A stretch of DNA of 64,000 nucleotides from an uncultured Desulfobacterales bacterium (GTDB lineage Bacteria; Desulfobacterota; DSM-4660; Desulfatiglandales; JALVZP01): contig CAZMNC010000125.1 in the NCBI GenBank assembly GCA_964567535.1, forward strand, positions 32,353 through 96,352, read 5' to 3'. The translations under genes and the position numbers were made by a program. The notes below the pieces were generated by a model. It saw nothing but the letters and a program-made list of their open reading frames with translations, had not been told where the DNA came from and ran no database searches. Shown here piece by piece: positions 58,807-64,000 of the stretch; the first letter of the stretch is position 1, and every line of letters begins with the position of its first letter.

Positions 58807-60104
58807 CAGAAGAAAAGGTGGAATTATCTTTTTACATAAAAAAGCAGACATCAAATAGTGATCCTGAGGCCCTCATCCTCTACTCCACCAAAACCTCATC
58901 CACAATAATTATTCCAAAGGATTTATTGGAATCTATAGAAAAAAAAAGGATTACCCCTGAAGAGAAGCAGACCCTTAAAGAACTGGGATTTCTTGTGCAA
59001 AGCAGACAAAAAGAAAGGGATGAGATAATCCATCTTTTTGATAACATCAAAAATCCCTATCTAAATATACTCCTTGTGCTTAATATGGACTGTAATTTTT
59101 CATGTAAGTACTGTTTTGAGGGTTCATCCAAAACAGGGCTATATATGTCTAAGCATATATTAAATAAGTCAATGGAATTTATAAAAGATGAACTTTATAA
59201 AAAAAAGGCATCAGAGCTAAGACTTGCCCTGTATGGTGGTGAACCCCTGCTAAGCCCTGAGCTTGCAATAGAATCGCTTAAAAAGGCAAAAACACTATGT
59301 GAGAATATAGGAATAAATTTTAGGGCATCTATTATAACTAATGGTTCTTTATTTAAGAAAAAAATAGTCAAAGAACTATCACAACTGGGGCTTGCAAGAG
59401 CCCGCATTACTCTTGACGGGCCTCCTGAAATACATAATATATTTAGGCCATTTAAAAATGGAAGACCCAGCTTTGATATAATCTTAAAAAATATAAAAGA
59501 AAGCCTTGGCATAATAAAAGCCCTTGAAATAAATGGAAATTATTCAAAAGAAAATTATACCCAATTTCCAAAATTGCTTGATCTTCTTTTAAAAGAAGGT
59601 ATAACCCCAGATAAGGTTGAAAGTATAAGATTTGAACCAATTATAAAACAAACATCTGGCATGTCTTTGTATAAAGGAGGATGCCTATCTATAAATGAGC
59701 CTTGGGTAGCAGAAACCAGCCTGTTTTTACGAGAGGAAATAATGAAAAGGGGCTATAAAACAAAAAGGATAGAACCCATATTTTGCCTTATAAACAATAA
59801 AAATGCTTTTATTATAAACATAGATGGAGCTCTTTATAAGTGCCCTGGATTTTTAGGCATAAAAGAATTTCAGATAGGAGACATATTCTCTGGCTCAAAA
59901 GAGCCTTTAGTTTATCATCCTAATAGATGGAAAAATGAAAAATGTTCTTCATGTATTTACCTTCCTCTATGTTATGGGGGATGCAGATATATGTCTTATC
60001 TAAGATATGGGGATTTATATCGCTTAGATTGTCAAAAGCCTTTCTTAGATCAATACTTAGACAGATTCATAGAACAGGATATAAGATATAAAGGAATTGG
60101 ATAA
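58773..60104 (+). CDS. Radical SAM / SPASM-domain peptide-modifying enzyme (candidate RiPP maturase)
   Basis: CNFSCKYC (Cx3Cx2C) and GGEPLL. The full 7-Cys SPASM pattern is C-x13-G-x4-C ... CSSCIYLPLCYGGC ... C. About 85 aa precede the radical SAM cluster motif. The start may be the in-frame GTG at 58818 rather than the ATG at 58773, which overlaps the small ORF. Confidence 0.85.
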   Translation: MLWSSSGTYILTEEKVELSFYIKKQTSNSDPEALILYSTKTSSTIIIPKDLLESIEKKRITPEEKQTLKELGFLVQSRQKERDEIIHLFDNIKNPYLNILLVLNMDCNFSCKYCFEGSSKTGLYMSKHILNKSMEFIKDELYKKKASELRLALYGGEPLLSPELAIESLKKAKTLCENIGINFRASIITNGSLFKKKIVKELSQLGLARARITLDGPPEIHNIFRPFKNGRPSFDIILKNIKESLGIIKALEINGNYSKENYTQFPKLLDLLLKEGITPDKVESIRFEPIIKQTSGMSLYKGGCLSINEPWVAETSLFLREEIMKRGYKTKRIEPIFCLINNKNAFIINIDGALYKCPGFLGIKEFQIGDIFSGSKEPLVYHPNRWKNEKCSSCIYLPLCYGGCRYMSYLRYGDLYRLDCQKPFLDQYLDRFIEQDIRYKGIG

Positions 60105-60693
60105 AGGATCAAGAAATCTATTTTTATTTACAGGATTAAGCACCATATGGGCTGTTATATTTGGCCTCATAGGCCCGTTTTATGTGGTTCATGTAGAAAG
60201 ACTAACAGGAGGCATGGAAAAACTGGGCATTGCCTTTAGTATAATGATATTTTTTCAATCTGCAGCTTCTTATATAGCTGGAAAATCATCAGACAAATTG
60301 GGGAGAAAGCCTTTTCTGTTCCTTATTGCTTATGCAGATGCCATTATCATATTTCTGTACACCATTATAAAAGGCACATATCAATTGTATATGCTTCAGG
60401 GTCTCTTTGGAATTAGTAATGGAATTGCCCAAACCATAAGTACTTCTCTCTTAGGAGATATTACTACAAAACACAAAAGAGGAAAGGCGGTAGGCATATT
60501 TCATGCCATTGTAGGAGTTGCTTCATCAATTGGGCTTGTGCTTAGTGGTTATATAGCAAAATTTTATGGAATAAAAACTATCTTTTATATAGCCTCATTC
60601 ATCATGCTTATCTCTACCATCTTTCTTTTTTGGATACGAGAGGACGTAGTCTTTGAGGACAAAAAAAACAATAATAACAATACTGGCACTTAA
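60097..60693 (+). CDS. Half-size (6-TM) MFS-type transporter
   Basis: 198 aa. The TTG start overlaps the maturase stop by 8 nt. MFS motif A-like GKSSDKLGRKPFLF lies between TM2 and TM3. Six hydrophobic helices only. Confidence 0.65.
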   Translation: MDKGSRNLFLFTGLSTIWAVIFGLIGPFYVVHVERLTGGMEKLGIAFSIMIFFQSAASYIAGKSSDKLGRKPFLFLIAYADAIIIFLYTIIKGTYQLYMLQGLFGISNGIAQTISTSLLGDITTKHKRGKAVGIFHAIVGVASSIGLVLSGYIAKFYGIKTIFYIASFIMLISTIFLFWIREDVVFEDKKNNNNNTGT

Positions 60694-60807
60694 CATTAAA
60701 ATCTCATGGGCATGCTTTGGAAACTTATACACAAGATAGTGTTTAACAAAATATAAAAAAGGAACTGAAAGCACAAACCATATTATAAGTGGGATAAATC
60801 TTTTCAT
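60595..60807 (-). CDS. Possible small membrane protein (70 aa) downstream of mnmE
   Basis: The ATG lies 4 nt after the mnmE stop and there are two hydrophobic helices. However, it overlaps the convergent MFS gene by 99 nt and has no clear RBS. Confidence 0.3.
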   Translation of the reverse strand: MKRFIPLIIWFVLSVPFLYFVKHYLVYKFPKHAHEILMLSASIVIIVFFVLKDYVLSYPKKKDGRDKHDE

Positions 60808-60811
60808 AATC

Positions 60812-62197
60812 TTATTTTCCCAAACAAAATTGGCTGAATATTTTATCTAAGATGTCTTCTGTGGTTATCTCTCCTGTTATCTGAGCAAGAGCATCCATTG
60901 AACTCCTTATTTCAAACGCTATTATATCAAATGGCTCACCTTCTTTTATAAGATGTAAGGCACTAATAAGGTATTTTAATGCATTTTCTAATGCCTCTTT
61001 ATGTCTCAAGTTTGGAGCAATATTAGACTCTGTGACTTCTATTTTCCCTTTTACAATTGTATCAAATATAAGACTTTTCAGCTCTTCAAGCCCTTTCCCA
61101 GTAAGTGCAGATATGTGCACCATAGGAAAAGAATATAACATCAATCTGGCTTTATCCTCATGGTTTAAAGATGATCTAAGATCTGTTTTGTTCAGTACAA
61201 AAATACAAGATTTATCTTTGCACATCTCTATTATATCCAGATCATCCTTGTCTAAGGGCCTGCTTTTATCTATTACAATCAGTACAAGGTCTGCTTCTCT
61301 TAATTTTTTTGTAGTAATAGAAATACCTATTTTTTCCACTTCATCTTTTACCTCCCTTAAACCAGCAGTATCCATAAGCCTTATGGGTAAGCCTTTAATT
61401 AATATGCTACTTTCTATTACATCTCTTGTGGTCCCCGGAATAGGGGTAACAATGGCTCTCTCCTCATCCAGAAGTCTATTGAGCAAACTTGATTTGCCTG
61501 CATTTACCTTTCCTACAATAACAGTAGCTATGCCATCTAACCATAATCTCCTTTGGCTGTGCATATGAATCATAGATTCTATGTGAGGTATTATATCTTT
61601 TTCCAATTCTTGTGCTATATCTAATCTGGATATTACAGCATCTTCTTCTTCAGGAAAATCTATAGCTACTTCTATCTGGGCAAGTATATCTGTTATTTTA
61701 TCTTTTAAAGAATTTATCTCTTTTTTAAATACCCCTTGAAGCTGATGAGTTGCTAAAAATAAACCTCGTTCAGATTGGGCATTTATTAAATCTATAATTG
61801 CTTCTGCCTGAGTAAGATCTATTCTACCATTTAAAAATGCCTTTAAAGTAAACTCACCAGGTTTTGCAAGCCTCGCTCCCTGAGAAAGGATTATCTCAAG
61901 TATCTTGGATAGCACAAGATAGCCACTATGAGAATTTATCTCCACTACATCCTCTTTTGTATATGAATGAGGTGCCTTCATATAAGAAACAAGTACTTCA
62001 TCTATAATAGCTTCTTTAGTAGGATCATATATATTACCCAAGTATAAATGATGACTTTTAAACCCTTTAGTCTCCCTTTTTGGAATAAAAATGTTTTTTA
62101 AAATAGAAAGAGACAGGGGGCCACTAATTCTTATGATACCTATGCCTGCCTGACCTATAGGAGTTGATATGGCAGCTATGGTATCCTCACCTTCCAT
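60812..62197 (-). CDS. mnmE: tRNA modification GTPase MnmE
   Basis: 461 aa. G-domain motifs (GKVNAGKSS, DTAG, NKTD) and the C-terminal CLGK tetrapeptide characteristic of MnmE. Confidence 0.95.
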   Translation of the reverse strand: MEGEDTIAAISTPIGQAGIGIIRISGPLSLSILKNIFIPKRETKGFKSHHLYLGNIYDPTKEAIIDEVLVSYMKAPHSYTKEDVVEINSHSGYLVLSKILEIILSQGARLAKPGEFTLKAFLNGRIDLTQAEAIIDLINAQSERGLFLATHQLQGVFKKEINSLKDKITDILAQIEVAIDFPEEEDAVISRLDIAQELEKDIIPHIESMIHMHSQRRLWLDGIATVIVGKVNAGKSSLLNRLLDEERAIVTPIPGTTRDVIESSILIKGLPIRLMDTAGLREVKDEVEKIGISITTKKLREADLVLIVIDKSRPLDKDDLDIIEMCKDKSCIFVLNKTDLRSSLNHEDKARLMLYSFPMVHISALTGKGLEELKSLIFDTIVKGKIEVTESNIAPNLRHKEALENALKYLISALHLIKEGEPFDIIAFEIRSSMDALAQITGEITTEDILDKIFSQFCLGK

Positions 62198-62906
62198 TTC
62201 TATTACCTTTTTGTGAAGAAAAATTCCCCTTTGAACGTCTTTTATTTTCTCTATTTCTTGAAAACTTAGGAATTATAATAACTTTTTTTAAAGAGCCCTC
62301 TCCTGTACTTTTAGTCTCTAAACCTTTATCATCTTTTAAAGCAAGATGAATTACCCTTCTATCCCTGGGACTTAAAGGATCTGTTGAAACAGGTTTTCCT
62401 GTCTTCTTTGCTTTATTTCCCATGTTAACTGCAAGCCTTGCAAGATGTTGTCTTCTTCGCTCTCTATAATTTTGGGCATCCAGAATTATCTGAAGTTTTT
62501 TCTCAAGCTTCTTATTCACTATTTTGTTTATGATAAACTCTAAAGCATCAAGGGTTTTTCCACCTTTGCCTATAATTATACCAGAGTTATCTCCTTCTAT
62601 CTTTAATAGGATATTACCATCTAAATTTTCTGTCCTAACAGCCAAATGATCCATAGAAAATAGCTTTAAGATATTTTTTAGCGCATCAGTTGCGATTGCT
62701 ACTCCATCATTAATAAATGTATCTCTTTCTTTTATCCTTACCCTTATCCTGCTTTTTTTGCCACCAACTATACCAAATATACCTGAAGAGCCAGGCTCTA
62801 TAACTTCTATTTCTAACTTCTCTTTTGGTAAGTTTAATTCCTTACATGCCTTTTCTATTGCCTCCTCTGTTGTTTTTCCTTGAAATTCAAATGTCTCAAG
62901 CTCCAT
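62187..62906 (-). CDS. jag: Jag/KhpB RNA-binding protein (Jag_N, KH, R3H domains)
   Basis: 239 aa. KH-like GKGGKTLDALEFI, an R3H region (RRVIHLAL), and the canonical position between yidC and mnmE. Confidence 0.85.
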   Translation of the reverse strand: MELETFEFQGKTTEEAIEKACKELNLPKEKLEIEVIEPGSSGIFGIVGGKKSRIRVRIKERDTFINDGVAIATDALKNILKLFSMDHLAVRTENLDGNILLKIEGDNSGIIIGKGGKTLDALEFIINKIVNKKLEKKLQIILDAQNYRERRRQHLARLAVNMGNKAKKTGKPVSTDPLSPRDRRVIHLALKDDKGLETKSTGEGSLKKVIIIPKFSRNRENKRRSKGNFSSQKGNRNGR

Positions 62907-62923
62907 AATCCCCCTCCGAAACC

Positions 62924-64000
62924 TTAGGATAATCTTTTTTGAATCCTATATTGTTGGATAATAGACAGTATGTTGTTAACCAGCCAATAAAGGACCAAAC
63001 CAGATGGAAAATTTATAAACATAATTGTGAAAACAAGAGGCAAAAACATCATCATTTTTGCCTGAGATGGATCACCAGGCTGTGGACTCATCTTTTGTTG
63101 AATATACATGGTGGCCCCCATAAGTAATGTTAGGACAGGAATACCATAAGGTGGTGCCATAAGAGGAATAGAAAATGAAAAATGGAAAAGTCTATCAGGT
63201 GCTGAAAGATCATTTATCCATAACATAAATGGTGCATGTCTCAATTCTATGGCATCACAAAGAACCCTATAAAGGGCAAAAAAGACAGGAATCTGCACTA
63301 TTATAGGCAAACACCCACTAAATGGATTTACTTTGTATGTCTTATACAGATTAAGCATCTCTCTGTTAAGCCTTTCTTTATCATCTTTATATCGTTCTCT
63401 TAATTTAGCCATTAAAGGTTGGATCTTTTGCATCTGCTTCATAGATTCATAGCTTTTGTGAGTAAGAGGCCAAAATATTATTTTGACTAATATGGTCAAC
63501 AATATAATTGCAATACCATAGTTATGAACATATTTATAAAAAAACCTAAGCACATAAAGCAAAGGCCTTGCAATAAAATCAGTCCACCCAAAGTTTACTA
63601 TTTTATCTAAATGATACCCTATTTTCTTTAATATAGGGATTTCCTTGGGACCTAAATAAAGTATGAATTTGTGTTGTATCTCCTCAGAAGGAGAAATTGT
63701 CACTGAAGGACCTTTATAATATGCTGCCAATATATTGGAACCAAATCTTTTTACCTCTAATACTCCATTGGAAAGATTAGTTACTATAGATGCCATAAAG
63801 TATCTGCTTTCACATGCAAGCCATTTTATGTTACCAGCAAATAACTTCTTTTGTCCCTTCTTTTTCAATTTTATTTGCTTTAACTGATTTTGAATAAAAG
63901 CTGCAAGCCCCAGATGAGAATAATATCTTGTTCTTTTGTGGTTAGGTAAAAGACTCCGTAGTTTTATAATAAACGAGCCTTTAACAGGAGACTTTCTTAA
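62924..64000 (-). CDS. yidC: Membrane protein insertase YidC (C-terminal part; the N-terminus lies beyond the right window edge)
   Basis: Conserved 60-kDa insertase core (PLTHKSYESMKQMQKIQPLM...GCLPIIVQIPVFFALY...). The reading frame stays open from the track TTG at 63868 to base 64000, which fits a long periplasmic N-domain. Confidence 0.9.
   Translation of the reverse strand, partial: LRKSPVKGSFIIKLRSLLPNHKRTRYYSHLGLAAFIQNQLKQIKLKKKGQKKLFAGNIKWLACESRYFMASIVTNLSNGVLEVKRFGSNILAAYYKGPSVTISPSEEIQHKFILYLGPKEIPILKKIGYHLDKIVNFGWTDFIARPLLYVLRFFYKYVHNYGIAIILLTILVKIIFWPLTHKSYESMKQMQKIQPLMAKLRERYKDDKERLNREMLNLYKTYKVNPFSGCLPIIVQIPVFFALYRVLCDAIELRHAPFMLWINDLSAPDRLFHFSFSIPLMAPPYGIPVLTLLMGATMYIQQKMSPQPGDPSQAKMMMFLPLVFTIMFINFPSGLVLYWLVNNILSIIQQYRIQKRLS

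Noticed and set aside
61032-61568. 178-aa plus-strand ORF
   Set aside because: It is antisense to mnmE. It is Ser/Leu/Ile-rich and has no start context. mnmE is clearly the real gene.
1-64000. Search for CRISPR arrays, tRNA/rRNA genes, IS elements, integrases, and toxin-antitoxin or phage genes
   Set aside because: I saw no regularly spaced direct repeats, no cloverleaf-capable intergenic segment (all gaps are short and AT-rich), and no transposase-, integrase- or phage-like translation in any listed ORF. This was done by eye only, so small ncRNAs could have been missed.

Overview
This is a visibly AT-rich, gene-dense bacterial chromosomal window (about 60 genes) with no rRNA, tRNA, CRISPR array or recognisable mobile element. 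Most genes are housekeeping: comM, rpoZ, dnaJ, dksA-like, trpS, a pseudouridine synthase, dusB, ispH, alr, argS, tatA/tatC, thiL, rimO, a polyprenyl synthase, and mnmE-jag-yidC at the right edge. Three blocks stand out.

1. A complete dissimilatory sulfate-activation and APS-reduction operon lies on the minus strand at 47950->37794. Its order is sat, a 118-aa unknown, aprB, aprA, qmoA, qmoB, hdrC-like, hdrB-like, a Zn-ribbon protein and an HExxH protein. There is no membrane-bound qmoC. A sequence-level sigma-54 promoter (TGGCAT-N5-TTGCA) precedes it, with three GGCA-N4-TGCC palindromes and an adjacent sigma-54 enhancer-binding protein gene.

2. A glycan-biosynthesis block lies at 37625->27562, minus strand. 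It has a second TGGCAT-N5-TTGCA element. It encodes a 1569-aa sulfotransferase + 3xGT2 + TPR protein, a DegT aminotransferase, a NeuD/PglD-like acetyltransferase and UDP-glucuronate decarboxylase.

3. My best candidate for an undescribed system is at 56760-60693. A TonB-dependent receptor is followed by an unannotated 29-codon ORF (MKKRIIVVEKGKKPGPSNVCCGALLVPIF). Next comes a radical SAM enzyme with a complete 7-Cys SPASM motif and an N-terminal extension, then a half-size MFS transporter. This is the layout of a RiPP locus with both export and outer-membrane uptake functions.

Other notable items are an IspH fused to a UbiA-like polytopic membrane domain and a DHH-CBS-nucleotidyltransferase fusion. 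All functional calls come from reading the translations by eye. No database search was run.
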